DNA of 64,000 nt from Candidatus Cloacimonadota bacterium (GCA_049903315.1 JBNGBT010000006.1:64001-128000); one strand, 5' to 3'; positions 1 through 10,355 are shown, counted from the first letter of the stretch. Numbers and translations: made by a program. The notes: a model not told the origin generated them from the sequence alone.

Positions 1-823
1 CTGGATCTGACCAGTCACGACACACGTTAACAGGACCACCCCAGTTGTTCTTATCAAGCATAATATCAAGGTCACCGTAAACGTAGGAATCTTCAGGAAT
101 ATCTATCCAACGGATAATATCATGTTCGATTACACCATCAGGATTCTGCTGGCTGGTCTGATACAAACGATAGTTCCCGGTTGTAGCATAATCCGGTGCC
201 ATTCCAATTTCCATATAGGGCCAGATATACTCGTCGATATAAGGAAGCGGCTGGTCAAAAGTTACAGGAGTTTTCCAGAAACCGGGAATGAAGAGTAGTC
301 CATAATCGTCAAAAGTAGCACGCGTGTTCGTATCTTCAGGAGTTGCGGATTCCATAATATCGTGCCATGTAGCAACAGGATCGCCTGAAGCGGGATGCAT
401 GGTTACGTCGGGATAACCCTGCCATGTGTCAGAAGTGGTAATAGTTGCATATTCTATTGCCCCACTTGGATGAACGTATGCCCAATACACTCTTCGATTA
501 TCAGTCGTGTTTGGACGACCGTGGAAGATAAAGTAAACGCCACCGTATTCATCTGGCTGGCATGCAATTGGGTAACCGCAATAACTACCAGGCATATAGT
601 CATAGTAGTTAGTAAAACCTGCGAGGGTTGTAGGAGCCTGAATGAATTCCCAATCAGGCACATTGAAGTTGCCATCATTTCTGTTCTGTGTGGCAACAGT
701 GAGATGCTTAGGTGCTTCAATAGGAACAAGTGTATTATTGTTCACTGGTTGTTGAGCATCATTAGCCCAAACCATTCCTGTGAGCACGAGGAGCATCATA
801 CTAAGCATAGCAATTTTTTTCAT
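1..823 (-). CDS. Secreted protein, N-terminal part only (runs off the left edge; absent from the ORF track); probable T9SS cargo
   Basis: ATG at 823 with GGAGGA RBS (832-837). Translates as MKKIAMLSMMLLVLTGMVWA-NDAQQP...YYDYMPGSYCGYP...RRVYWAYV...WQGYP...HPASGDP, a clear signal peptide then a globular region. Directly downstream of the PorV-like gene. The CTD itself is not visible. Confidence 0.75.
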   Translation of the reverse strand, partial: MKKIAMLSMMLLVLTGMVWANDAQQPVNNNTLVPIEAPKHLTVATQNRNDGNFNVPDWEFIQAPTTLAGFTNYYDYMPGSYCGYPIACQPDEYGGVYFIFHGRPNTTDNRRVYWAYVHPSGAIEYATITTSDTWQGYPDVTMHPASGDPVATWHDIMESATPEDTNTRATFDDYGLLFIPGFWKTPVTFDQPLPYIDEYIWPYMEIGMAPDYATTGNYRLYQTSQQNPDGVIEHDIIRWIDIPEDSYVYGDLDIMLDKNNWGGPVNVCRDWSDP

Positions 824-856
824 TTTGTTAATCCTCCATCAATTAATGATTAATTA

Positions 857-1894
857 CTAAAATTTCATTTTTACAGATAGACGTATTGGTCCTGTGAGAA
901 ATTTACCATCCATCTTTTCTTCTAAGTCTTTAAAAGGAGTATATGCAGCATCAATATCCATAATAGCAAAGGAAGTAGGAAGTTTCCAGCCCAGTCCAAA
1001 CGATGCTGTTTGAGCATCAAGATTAAATTGATATCCACCGCGAAGGAAGAAGGTTCCGATTCTGTATTCAAGCCCGGCATTATACGTTTCGAGTCGGTCA
1101 ACACAGTTATCAACTTGGAATACTGCATTTATTGACTGCATCTTGGTTTCGAGAATATTCATTGCAATGCCAAGAGAGAAATTCATTGGAAGTGCAAAAG
1201 AGAGTTCTTCTCTGTCTTCATCAACAAGTCCGTCAGCATCATTATCGAGCAGATCATAAGGATCTTCATCAATAAGACCGTCTCCGTCATTATCCAATGT
1301 GTACTTCATTTCAGGTCCGAAGTTTCGTAAGCTCATACCAATCGTAAGATCTTTCCAGCCGGTATTGTAGAGAGAACCAAGGTCAACACTCCAACCATTT
1401 ACATCATATTCATCAAGATTTTCTCTAAGATATTTAAATGAGATTCCGAGTGAGAATTTATCAGTAAGCATGGTTGCGTAAGAAAGTCCGCCCATCATAT
1501 CACTGCATGTGAACTGTTCTCCATTAGGTCCAAATTCATCATCAGTCGTCACGTCCATCCAGTCCATATATAATATTGAACCATTGATTCCGAACACTCC
1601 GAAAGAAGTCGGGAATGCAAAGGTTAAATAATCATAATTTATATCCGCAACATAACGAGTGTGGTTGAGAAATAGTTCAGTACCATTTGTATATGCGAGA
1701 CCAGCGACATTCCAGTAGGTTGAGGAAGCACCTTTTGTATATGCTGTATATGCTTCTCCCATTCCGATAGCGCGAGCGTCAACACCGATTTTGAGGAACT
1801 GAAGACCAGTAGTACCGACTTTAGCAAAAATATCAGCTTGAACCAAGGTTGGTATAAGTAAAAGGGCCAATATTACAAAAATTATCCTTTTCAT
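857..1894 (-). CDS. PorV/PorQ-family (UPF0164-like) outer-membrane beta-barrel
   Basis: Signal peptide; GTTGLQFLKIGVDARAIGMGEA and YWNVAGL motifs typical of the PorV/FadL-like family; C-terminal Phe. Start moved to ATG 1894 because of the AGGTGG RBS. Confidence 0.8.
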   Translation of the reverse strand: MKRIIFVILALLLIPTLVQADIFAKVGTTGLQFLKIGVDARAIGMGEAYTAYTKGASSTYWNVAGLAYTNGTELFLNHTRYVADINYDYLTFAFPTSFGVFGINGSILYMDWMDVTTDDEFGPNGEQFTCSDMMGGLSYATMLTDKFSLGISFKYLRENLDEYDVNGWSVDLGSLYNTGWKDLTIGMSLRNFGPEMKYTLDNDGDGLIDEDPYDLLDNDADGLVDEDREELSFALPMNFSLGIAMNILETKMQSINAVFQVDNCVDRLETYNAGLEYRIGTFFLRGGYQFNLDAQTASFGLGWKLPTSFAIMDIDAAYTPFKDLEEKMDGKFLTGPIRLSVKMKF

Positions 1895-1905
1895 GTTAAC
1901 CACCT

Positions 1906-4900
1906 TTATTTAATTAAAACAAGTTTATCGACTTTAACATCACCAGTCGCATGATCTTTAACAGAATATAAGTACACTCCACTCGCAATGATCTGATCAT
2001 GTTTCGAAAGGAGATCCCAGGGTTCCATTCCACTTGGAGCAATACCGGTATGAGTAGCTTTACTAGGATTGATAACATCAACAGTTGATACGCCGTTATG
2101 TTCGATTTCATCAACGAGATCACCGGCAAGAGTGTAGATTTTAATAGTACATTTTTCAGGTAGATTTACAAACCAGACACGCTTACTTCTATCACCGTTC
2201 TCATCTTTGTCGCGTCTTCCGTCGAATTTACTTTGCCCGAGGTATGGGTTTGGAACGACATAGACATTTTCGAGATTTGAAGCAGCTGAGGGACCGGCAA
2301 AGATCGTTATTCGATTTCCATCTTTTCCTGATTCAAGGGCTTGAAGGCTTTGTGAAGGAATACCTCTATCAAAAGAACTTACAGCAAAATAGTTTTCAAC
2401 ACCCTTTTCAGGATAGAGTATTTCACTAATATAATATCTGCGAGAGAGTCTGTTTTTCTTCAATTCAAGTAATCCTTCAGGATGTGCTTGTCCAAGATGT
2501 TCTGGAAGAGGGATCAATTTATCATCATAGAGATCGAGATAAAGTTCATCGGCAATAGCTGGATTTTTAAAGAGGAGAGATTCTTTGTCATGTCTTTCGT
2601 TTTCCGGAAGATGAGCATAGGGAGAGACATCTACATCAGCGCTGTCCAGTACATTATAAAGAGGAATACCATGCACATTTGCACCAGTGACAATATCAAC
2701 AAAGGAATAGAGTGAATCAAGCTGATAATAGTCCGTCCAGTATACAGTACTATCCGCCGTATAGATAATATCTTTTGTTGGATCAGAGCCCACAATATAC
2801 GGCATGAGAATTCCGTTATTGATGCCCAACTGACCACCATAGGATACATTCATACTGTCAACAGGAAGATTCATACAGACATTATAGTCTCTCATATCCT
2901 GAGGAGTATCAATCTTGTCCCAGCGGTTCATTCTCATATAAGCATCCTGCTCGCCTGAGTTGGCAGCTTTCCACAATGAGTAACCCTGGAAGTCATGCCT
3001 TAATCTAAAGGCAGTCCATGGGTTAACTTTGGCGTTTATATTTTGAATGAGGGTACCTCCAGGTGTATATTGAGGAGCGAATTCCTCTGGAAAGTATCCA
3101 TAATGTGCTAATTGTGCATCGTAGTTATCTATATAGCTATCAAGATAAGGGATCATGTCCTGCCAGCCGACAAATTCTTTAGTGAGGGTCATTCTATCAA
3201 CGGTGAATTCCGATCGGTTATCCCAGTAAACATAAATGGTATCACCGTTCAAAGATTGATCAAGTGTCATGTTTGGTATGTCAGGGGGACCCGGCGCTTC
3301 ATAGTGTTTGAATGTATCGGGAAGCACAACAGTTGTGAGGGTTTGTGCCTGTCCGTAAAGCACTTTTGACCAAACCGCAGTCCTTTTAAGTTCTTCAATA
3401 TCGTCACCTGGGAATACCGCAATAACAATCTTCATTGTCTCGTAAGGTTTGAGGTTCCAGCTGGAGTCTGTTGGTGCAACGAAACCCTGCTGGTCACCAT
3501 AGAACGCAAAAAGAAATCGGGTGTCAATTGGGTCATTGAGTTGAGCACTCGGGTCTTCACGAAGAGAAGTGAATTTAATATCAAAGGAATCTGTGTTATG
3601 TGTCATCAGCCAATACTTTTCATTTCGTTCAGCATTGGGTACATTATGTGTAGGACCGTCACCGACTTCCCATGTCCAGCACGCAAAATCGAGCTGTTCG
3701 GGATCGGGAGAACACACGCGAGCGCCAATGTAACCTGTTGTAAGCCCGCCGTCCGTATCAGCATCATATGTGTACGCAAACTCATAACCGTCACCTGGAA
3801 CATAACTGCTTATGTCTTCACTGCAACGCGCTTGTGCACCCCATGCTTGTGGACCTACATCACAATCCATGTACACGGCCATTGCACAGTCAAAAAGTGT
3901 GTCAACAGGATTCATGTTAGTAATGTCAAACTCGACATAGACCAAATTTTTAATGTATTCATAACTCCACTGAAAACTGACCTGGCGTACTCGAATATTG
4001 TTTGGTATATGTTCTTGAGAATAGGATTGAGATTCTTTTACTCTCTCTCCGGGAGTACCAAAAGGACTGTAATCATAATAGTAACCAAGATAATCCTGTT
4101 CCGATATGGGGTAGCCATCTTCATCCCTAAGCATATCTCCGTCATCATCCTGACGTTGAGCAAAGTTATATATGCTGTCAGGATCTTCATATCCTAGTTT
4201 GAGGAATCCGAGTGGGAACCAGATATCAATATTCGAAAGAATTTCAGCAGGCTCACATTGCATACTATCTACCGCACCCCTGAACTCATTATCACCAGGC
4301 AAAAAGGTGCTGAACTGTGAAGGGACCGTGTTTCTATAGGGGAATGCAAAACCAGCGGGATCTTCATCGATCCTTCCATCACCATCATCATCTTCACCTG
4401 GTTTCTGATCACGAATAGATGATTCAACAACACCATCGCTCAGGTTATAGATATCATATTTTGGTCCGAGAACATTTTCTTCAAGCGGATTATATGCCGG
4501 CAAGAATTCATAGTAATCATCGTCACCATCAAAACCGACGGTTACGAGAGTATCAATGACTCTACCGAATCCCATGTTAGTGGTACCGGTTGTTTCTTGT
4601 AATGCATCCTGCCAATACAGCATCTGACCGAAGTCATTTCTGCGTTGTTTACAGGCACCGAACCATAAAGCACCCTGGTAAAGATAATCAATACCGGATC
4701 CTCCTGGATATTCCAGGGAGGGCCATTGCGGGACAACATCATCGCCTGAACCAAAGAAACCATAGTTACTAATTCGCAACCAAATGTTTCCGACATCGTG
4801 ATAGTGAAAGATATCAAGTCTTTTATCTGCGCCAGAGCCACCATTTACTGATCGACCCAAAAGATAAGTACTTGAGAGCATCAGCATGAGGAGAACTACC

Positions 4901-4935
4901 AGAAAAACAGGCAGGAAACCAATTTTAGAGCGCAT
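1906..4935 (-). CDS. Large secreted protein with a C-terminal T9SS-type sorting domain
   Basis: Signal peptide after an AGGAGG RBS (ATG 4935). C-terminus VYVVPNPY...FVNLPEKCTIKIYTLAGDLV...WDL...IASGVYLY...KLVLIK matches the CTD pattern. Internal DDDGDGRIDEDP-type motifs. Confidence 0.75.
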   Translation of the reverse strand: MRSKIGFLPVFLVVLLMLMLSSTYLLGRSVNGGSGADKRLDIFHYHDVGNIWLRISNYGFFGSGDDVVPQWPSLEYPGGSGIDYLYQGALWFGACKQRRNDFGQMLYWQDALQETTGTTNMGFGRVIDTLVTVGFDGDDDYYEFLPAYNPLEENVLGPKYDIYNLSDGVVESSIRDQKPGEDDDGDGRIDEDPAGFAFPYRNTVPSQFSTFLPGDNEFRGAVDSMQCEPAEILSNIDIWFPLGFLKLGYEDPDSIYNFAQRQDDDGDMLRDEDGYPISEQDYLGYYYDYSPFGTPGERVKESQSYSQEHIPNNIRVRQVSFQWSYEYIKNLVYVEFDITNMNPVDTLFDCAMAVYMDCDVGPQAWGAQARCSEDISSYVPGDGYEFAYTYDADTDGGLTTGYIGARVCSPDPEQLDFACWTWEVGDGPTHNVPNAERNEKYWLMTHNTDSFDIKFTSLREDPSAQLNDPIDTRFLFAFYGDQQGFVAPTDSSWNLKPYETMKIVIAVFPGDDIEELKRTAVWSKVLYGQAQTLTTVVLPDTFKHYEAPGPPDIPNMTLDQSLNGDTIYVYWDNRSEFTVDRMTLTKEFVGWQDMIPYLDSYIDNYDAQLAHYGYFPEEFAPQYTPGGTLIQNINAKVNPWTAFRLRHDFQGYSLWKAANSGEQDAYMRMNRWDKIDTPQDMRDYNVCMNLPVDSMNVSYGGQLGINNGILMPYIVGSDPTKDIIYTADSTVYWTDYYQLDSLYSFVDIVTGANVHGIPLYNVLDSADVDVSPYAHLPENERHDKESLLFKNPAIADELYLDLYDDKLIPLPEHLGQAHPEGLLELKKNRLSRRYYISEILYPEKGVENYFAVSSFDRGIPSQSLQALESGKDGNRITIFAGPSAASNLENVYVVPNPYLGQSKFDGRRDKDENGDRSKRVWFVNLPEKCTIKIYTLAGDLVDEIEHNGVSTVDVINPSKATHTGIAPSGMEPWDLLSKHDQIIASGVYLYSVKDHATGDVKVDKLVLIK

Positions 4936-4983
4936 ATTACCTCCTACTTTCTTCATTAAAATTTTATTTTTCATATTACAACT

Positions 4984-5622
4984 TTATAACTGGAATGTGA
5001 TCGGAAATGTCACCCATACTGCTACAGGTTTACCCTGATTTTTTGCAGGTATGAAAGTCCATTGTTTCACTGCTGTTATCGCTGCTTCATCCAAACTACC
5101 AGGACCGGATTGTAAGCTCTTAACGATTTCAACAGCACCAACATTACCATCTTCAAAAACTTCTGCACGAACGATCACCTCACCTTCAATACCAGCATTT
5201 CTGGCGAACTGAGGATATTCTGGTCGCACCTTTTTTATAGGAATAGGTTCTTCTTCGTGAACAACGAATTTAGGAGTAGTACCTTCTCTGGAAACAGGGG
5301 GTGGTTTAGTAAGGTCAAGAGTGGTGGGACCGATTGTTTCGATTTCTTCAATCTCTTCGTCATCACTCATATCGCTTTCTTCAACTGTAAGAGGAATAAT
5401 AGGTTTTACTTCTTCGGGAGGTTTGAATTTCTGTCGAACTTCAGGAGGTATCTCAATGGTTTGGATTTCTTTTGCTTGGTGCTGATAGGGTTTCACTTCT
5501 ATCTTCGGAAAAACCATGAAAGTGAAAAGCAGCAAAAGAAGCGCGAGCGACAATGATTTCTCATAAAAAGAACTCGCTACATCTTTCCAATCATACTGAA
5601 CATTAACAGATTTCTTTTGCAT
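4984..5622 (-). CDS. tonB: Energy transducer TonB
   Basis: N-terminal TM helix, Pro/acidic linker, C-terminal PEYPQFARNAGIEGEV...AVKQWTFIPA...GKPV. Confidence 0.9.
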   Translation of the reverse strand: MQKKSVNVQYDWKDVASSFYEKSLSLALLLLLFTFMVFPKIEVKPYQHQAKEIQTIEIPPEVRQKFKPPEEVKPIIPLTVEESDMSDDEEIEEIETIGPTTLDLTKPPPVSREGTTPKFVVHEEEPIPIKKVRPEYPQFARNAGIEGEVIVRAEVFEDGNVGAVEIVKSLQSGPGSLDEAAITAVKQWTFIPAKNQGKPVAVWVTFPITFQL

Positions 5623-5649
5623 AATATAGAACCTTTAATTTATGTTACG

Positions 5650-6057
5650 TTACCTAAATTTCCGCGCTTCAAAGGATATCCTCAAAGCATTTGCTCTTTT
5701 GAGTTCGTTCATCACATCTACCATTATGCCATATTCAGTATCTCTGTCAGTCCGAAAACTTGTGATCAGTGCCGGATTCTCAGCAATCTTATTTTGCATC
5801 ACGAATTGGATCTGATCCACCTGTGTTGCAAAATCATCAATAGATATGAGACCTGAACGGCTGACATAAATAGTGGCTGCATTTCGTCTGTTGATTTTTT
5901 GAATGGCTTCCGCACGGGGAAGATCGACTTTCAGGCCTTTCTCTTTTACAAAGGTCGTGGAAACCATAAAAAATATCAGCAGCAGGAAAGCGATATCGGA
6001 CATTGAAGCATTAGGTATTTCAGAATCTACTTTTGTTTTTCTAACTATTTTTGCCAT
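5650..6057 (-). CDS. exbD: ExbD/TolR family protein
   Basis: SMSDIAFLLLIFFMV TM motif with the conserved Asp. Confidence 0.9.
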   Translation of the reverse strand: MAKIVRKTKVDSEIPNASMSDIAFLLLIFFMVSTTFVKEKGLKVDLPRAEAIQKINRRNAATIYVSRSGLISIDDFATQVDQIQFVMQNKIAENPALITSFRTDRDTEYGIMVDVMNELKRANALRISFEARKFR

Positions 6058-6065
6058 AGTGCCTC

Positions 6066-6479
6066 TTATCTGGTAGAAAGTGAAACGGTTTGTGCGCCGG
6101 CAGCGAGCAATCGATCAAGTGCGCGTACCATCATTTCATATTTTGCTCTTCTGTCAGCCTCAAGCACAAATACCATTTTAGGATTTTCTGTGATTTTCTC
6201 ATTTACGATACGTTCAAGTTCAACAGGAGTTACAATCTCATCATTCACAGCAATATCTCCTCTTCTGTTCACCTTGATCTTTGTCAGATTTTCCTGCTTG
6301 ATCTTTACCTTTTGACCGCCAGATTCGGTGTGCGGAGGAAGTACGAGACCAAGTCCTTCTTTCACATCAAATTTTGTGGTGACCAGGAAAAAGACAAGCA
6401 ATAGAAACGCCACATCAGCCATTGATGATGTCGGAATCTTAGGATTGAGACGTGGTTTTTTTGCTTTTATGATATTCAT
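6066..6479 (-). CDS. exbD: ExbD/TolR family protein
   Basis: SMADVAFLLLVFFLV motif. Confidence 0.9.
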   Translation of the reverse strand: MNIIKAKKPRLNPKIPTSSMADVAFLLLVFFLVTTKFDVKEGLGLVLPPHTESGGQKVKIKQENLTKIKVNRRGDIAVNDEIVTPVELERIVNEKITENPKMVFVLEADRRAKYEMMVRALDRLLAAGAQTVSLSTR

Positions 6480-6501
6480 GCTAACTCAATTCTGTACATC
6501 G

Positions 6502-7302
6502 TTATTTAACTTCTGATAATGTTTCGGTCAGTTTTTCCGAACCGGTCTGCATATCTATGATCAGACCATCAATAATTGAAACGAAGAAGTTGTTGAATAA
6601 CTGAATCGGGATAGCAACAGCCAAACCTGAAGCAGTAGTAATCAAAGCAACTGAGATACCGCTCGCTACGATAGTAGGTTCAACCTCACCTGCGGCTGCG
6701 ATAGCTTCAAATGCCTGGATCATACCGACAACTGTACCCAAGAAACCAAGCATGGGTGCGAGGTTGATGGTTGTGGCAAGAGCGATAAGTCCTTTTTCAA
6801 GGAAAGACATTTCGAGGATTGCAGCATGTTCGACTGCTTTTTCCACTTCTTCGGAACCCTTATCTGCTTTGAGTAACCCAGCATGAAGAACGCTGGCTAC
6901 AGGACCGCGGGTTTTTGCGCAAAGTTCTATGGCTTCATCGAATTTCTTTTCTTTCACTAAGGGGAGAAGTTTCTCTAAGAAATCGTGAACAGAAATTTTT
7001 GCATAGCGAAGGGAAATGATCTTCCAAATTGAAGTGGCTAATGCCCAGATAACCAAAATGAGCATAGGGTACATGACCCATCCACCCTTAATAAAAAGGT
7101 CAACTAAGCCGCTTCCAACAATTTTTCGGGCAAAGGCTTCGATACCTCCGGCTTGTGCTGTTTCTTCAACCACAACTACTTCTTCAACGATAGCTGTTGT
7201 GTCTTCAGGGGTCACTGCTTCCTGTGCACAAAGATTGCCGACAAACATGCCAACTAACAATAATGCCAAGAATAGAATTCTGAGTTTCTTATTGGTATAC
7301 AC
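6502..7302 (-). CDS. exbB: MotA/TolQ/ExbB proton channel protein
   Basis: APMLGFLGTVVGMIQAF and GISVALITTASGL motifs. Likely GTG start at 7302 behind an AAGGAGG RBS. Confidence 0.9.
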   Translation of the reverse strand: MYTNKKLRILFLALLLVGMFVGNLCAQEAVTPEDTTAIVEEVVVVEETAQAGGIEAFARKIVGSGLVDLFIKGGWVMYPMLILVIWALATSIWKIISLRYAKISVHDFLEKLLPLVKEKKFDEAIELCAKTRGPVASVLHAGLLKADKGSEEVEKAVEHAAILEMSFLEKGLIALATTINLAPMLGFLGTVVGMIQAFEAIAAAGEVEPTIVASGISVALITTASGLAVAIPIQLFNNFFVSIIDGLIIDMQTGSEKLTETLSEVK

Positions 7303-7322
7303 TTGTATATCCTCCTTAAATT

Positions 7323-10300
7323 TTACCATTCAAATCTAACGCCTAAGGAAATTCTGCGCCCTATAGAATAAATGTTTGGATTAGATAAACCTGCAAGGTA
7401 TATTGCAGCACCGGTGACGTCTTCACCATCTTCTGCTTCAATTTTACCATCGTGATTCAAATCATAGGTATCCCAATAGGTGAGGGTTCCCTTATCCTGT
7501 GTTTCGCCAGTTTTTGCGTCTACATAATTGATATTTAAAGTATTAAATAAATTTGATATATTGACGAAGATACTGAATTGTGTATCTCCAAAGAGGTTGA
7601 AGGATTTACTGACTCTCAAATCTGCCGAATTTGTCCATGGCAGTCTGTCTGAATTTGTTTCAAGCTGAACGTTGCTGTCAGGATCAGGTGTCACTGGAGT
7701 ATATGGAGCGCCAGATTGGATTCTCCAAAGTAAACTTGCATAGAATTTATCAGGCATTTTTAAGCCGAGCAGATAAAATTCTTCATCTTCAGGAATTCTG
7801 AAATCAAGATTCACAGATGCATTATGACGAACGTCCCAGGTAAGTGGGAATTCCCGCAGATTGTCACGGGCTTCGTGAGCGCCGGAATTACGTCCGTTTG
7901 CCCATGAGTAAGTATAACCAACTGTGCCGCCCCAGAAATTGCTGAAGCGTTTTCGAAGAGTGAGTTCTACGCCACGTGCACTGCCATAGTCTTCGGAAAT
8001 ATAGAGCCAGTATTGTCGTCCTGCCTGAGCAATACTATCGGGTAAGAGCGAGTAGTCATTATCAAGAATACTCACAAGATTATAAATATTTTTATAGAAG
8101 AGAGTCACATCAAGGAGATAATCCTCACCCATTTGATGCTCGACACCAACCTCATACGTAATAGTTGTCTCGGGCTTCAAGTTTGGATTACCAACATTCG
8201 TGCCAACCTGACCTGCATCCGGAGTTGCACTCGTGAACACATACTGCATTGGAGGAAGCTGAGATTGGTAATTATAAGCAAAGTGCAGAACGTCCTTCTC
8301 TGTAATTGGATGAGACACACCCAAACGGGGGCTTACCATAATCTGGAATTTCTCAACATCTTCAGTTTTACTTATAAATCCACCGCTGCCATCATCGACG
8401 ATATAGGTTACTTCATCCCATGTAGCATCGACATATTCACCGGTCGTATCACTCTTCACCTGGTACTCATCCCCAAGATACCAGAAGTCAAAGCGCATAC
8501 CAGCATTTACGATCATGCCTTCCCACTCCATTTTATCCTGGAGATAATAAGCACCCTGCCATGGATATGCTTTATAACCGTCGATTTCGCCACCTGCAAA
8601 TTTAATGGCATCTGTAAAGTCGTCTTTCCAGTAAATATCAGCACCATAAGGAATCATGTTATCAGGTTGGAAAGGTGTGATGTTTGTATCTACCCTAGCA
8701 ACCTGAGATAGATAGTTTGGAAGACGTGTTACATCATCAATATTCCATGGGCTGGTTAAACGGTCTTTGTAAATTTGGTTATACATAATTTCGAGACCGG
8801 TTTTTGCTTGATGTATTTCATTGATTTGATACGTGAAATCAGTTCGCAGTGTATATGTAATGGTTTGATCCTTCCAGAAATTACCGGCATGAGTTCCAGG
8901 ATTGGAGAAGAACGGGATTGGCTTTTCATCATGAAGCTGGTCAAAATATTCGACGATTTGGTTTTCCTGCGCACCAGGAATATGTACACCAAAGTTATTA
9001 GAGAGAGGATCCTGGGTCCATGTAGGATTATTCCAATCAGTGTTCTGATTTTCGAAATACCAATTTCTGTCTACACCGGAGTTGAGATCGATGTTTGTCT
9101 CGAAGCGGCTTGCACGGATCGTGTAGAACATTCTGGGAGAAAGTGTATGATCCCATGTTAAGGCTACTTGGTTATGCTCTGTGTTCCAGTGGTTCATGTA
9201 GCGAAGAGAAAGTCTATTTAAGTAGTTAAAGGGAAGATTGGTTTCTCTATCACCACGAACTGCAGCAGTCAATTTAACAGTAGGGCTGACCTGGAATTTT
9301 GTTTTCAGGTTTGCCTGATAGTTGTTGACATATCTGTCTCCGACATCGAAAAGCCAAACTTTGTCTCTATTTTCTGTAAGAGAATTGATTTGGTCAGCAT
9401 AATATAATGAATCACCAAATCCAAAATAAGACAATTGACCCAATGGTTCGTATAATGGATTATCTTCCTCAAGGGCATAATAATCTTTATACCTTCCATC
9501 AGTCCATGCACCAGTCATATTGAGATAGAAAGTTAACTTATCTCTTTGATGCTGTGAACCGGCAGGAATAATTGGTCCGCCAAAAGCGAATTTGACTCCA
9601 TCTTCATTGCTTCCTTCATCAAAAATGTGGTCAGAGCTTAATTCAAATTTTCCTGAGTATTCCGGACCACCTGATTTGGTAACAAGGTTGATAATAGCTG
9701 ATTGTGCGTTGCCGAATTCTGCAGTAAAACCGCCTGTTTGAACAGACATGTCTCCTACAGCGTCCATATCGAGCTGCATTCCGAATCCATTATCAACAGG
9801 ATTTGAAACGGACATACCGTCAACAGTATACACCACTTCATTCGCGCGGCCACCTCTGATATGGAGGTTTTCTCCAGTTCCGACTGCACCGGCAGTAACA
9901 GCTACAATTTCCTGAATGGATTGTACGGGCATCTGTTTAATGTCTTCAGAAGTAATGATCTTTTCTGAACCGGTAACGTCCTTTTCGACAAGCTTCTGTT
10001 CAGCGCGCACGGTAATACCTTCGATCTGGGTATCAGTGCTTTTAAGTTCAAAGTTCAGAGTTGTGGTCAAATCAAGATTGATCTTGACGTCTGTGACAGT
10101 AACTGCCTGATATCCCATTCGGAAAGCTTTGACTTCGTAGGTGCCAGGAGGAATGTTAATAACCATGAAACGACCTTTGTCGTCCGTGGATGCACCCATC
10201 TGTTTTTCAATAATGATGACATTTGCACCAATAACGGGTTCTCCTGAATTAATATCAGTAACGCGGCCAGCAAGTTTACCAGTGGTACCTGCGTTGAGCA

Positions 10301-10355
10301 CGCCTACCAGGAGAAAAAGCACAACAAATATAAAAGCAAATACGTACCTTTTCAT
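7323..10355 (-). CDS. TonB-dependent receptor with N-terminal carboxypeptidase-regulatory-like domain
   Basis: Signal peptide; GKLAGRVTD...GANV; plug motifs HIRGGRANE and GGFTAEFGNAQS; GNPNLKPE; ends LGVRFEW. Confidence 0.9.
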   Translation of the reverse strand: MKRYVFAFIFVVLFLLVGVLNAGTTGKLAGRVTDINSGEPVIGANVIIIEKQMGASTDDKGRFMVINIPPGTYEVKAFRMGYQAVTVTDVKINLDLTTTLNFELKSTDTQIEGITVRAEQKLVEKDVTGSEKIITSEDIKQMPVQSIQEIVAVTAGAVGTGENLHIRGGRANEVVYTVDGMSVSNPVDNGFGMQLDMDAVGDMSVQTGGFTAEFGNAQSAIINLVTKSGGPEYSGKFELSSDHIFDEGSNEDGVKFAFGGPIIPAGSQHQRDKLTFYLNMTGAWTDGRYKDYYALEEDNPLYEPLGQLSYFGFGDSLYYADQINSLTENRDKVWLFDVGDRYVNNYQANLKTKFQVSPTVKLTAAVRGDRETNLPFNYLNRLSLRYMNHWNTEHNQVALTWDHTLSPRMFYTIRASRFETNIDLNSGVDRNWYFENQNTDWNNPTWTQDPLSNNFGVHIPGAQENQIVEYFDQLHDEKPIPFFSNPGTHAGNFWKDQTITYTLRTDFTYQINEIHQAKTGLEIMYNQIYKDRLTSPWNIDDVTRLPNYLSQVARVDTNITPFQPDNMIPYGADIYWKDDFTDAIKFAGGEIDGYKAYPWQGAYYLQDKMEWEGMIVNAGMRFDFWYLGDEYQVKSDTTGEYVDATWDEVTYIVDDGSGGFISKTEDVEKFQIMVSPRLGVSHPITEKDVLHFAYNYQSQLPPMQYVFTSATPDAGQVGTNVGNPNLKPETTITYEVGVEHQMGEDYLLDVTLFYKNIYNLVSILDNDYSLLPDSIAQAGRQYWLYISEDYGSARGVELTLRKRFSNFWGGTVGYTYSWANGRNSGAHEARDNLREFPLTWDVRHNASVNLDFRIPEDEEFYLLGLKMPDKFYASLLWRIQSGAPYTPVTPDPDSNVQLETNSDRLPWTNSADLRVSKSFNLFGDTQFSIFVNISNLFNTLNINYVDAKTGETQDKGTLTYWDTYDLNHDGKIEAEDGEDVTGAAIYLAGLSNPNIYSIGRRISLGVRFEW

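Noticed and set aside
395..853. 152-aa plus-strand ORF and 91-aa minus-strand ORF at the left edge
   Set aside because: They shadow the real minus-strand gene starting at 823, which has an RBS and a signal peptide.
3541..4197. Long antisense ORFs (218 aa here; also 8133-8711, 21769-22416, 52871-53950)
   Set aside because: They lie opposite well-supported genes and have no recognisable motifs.
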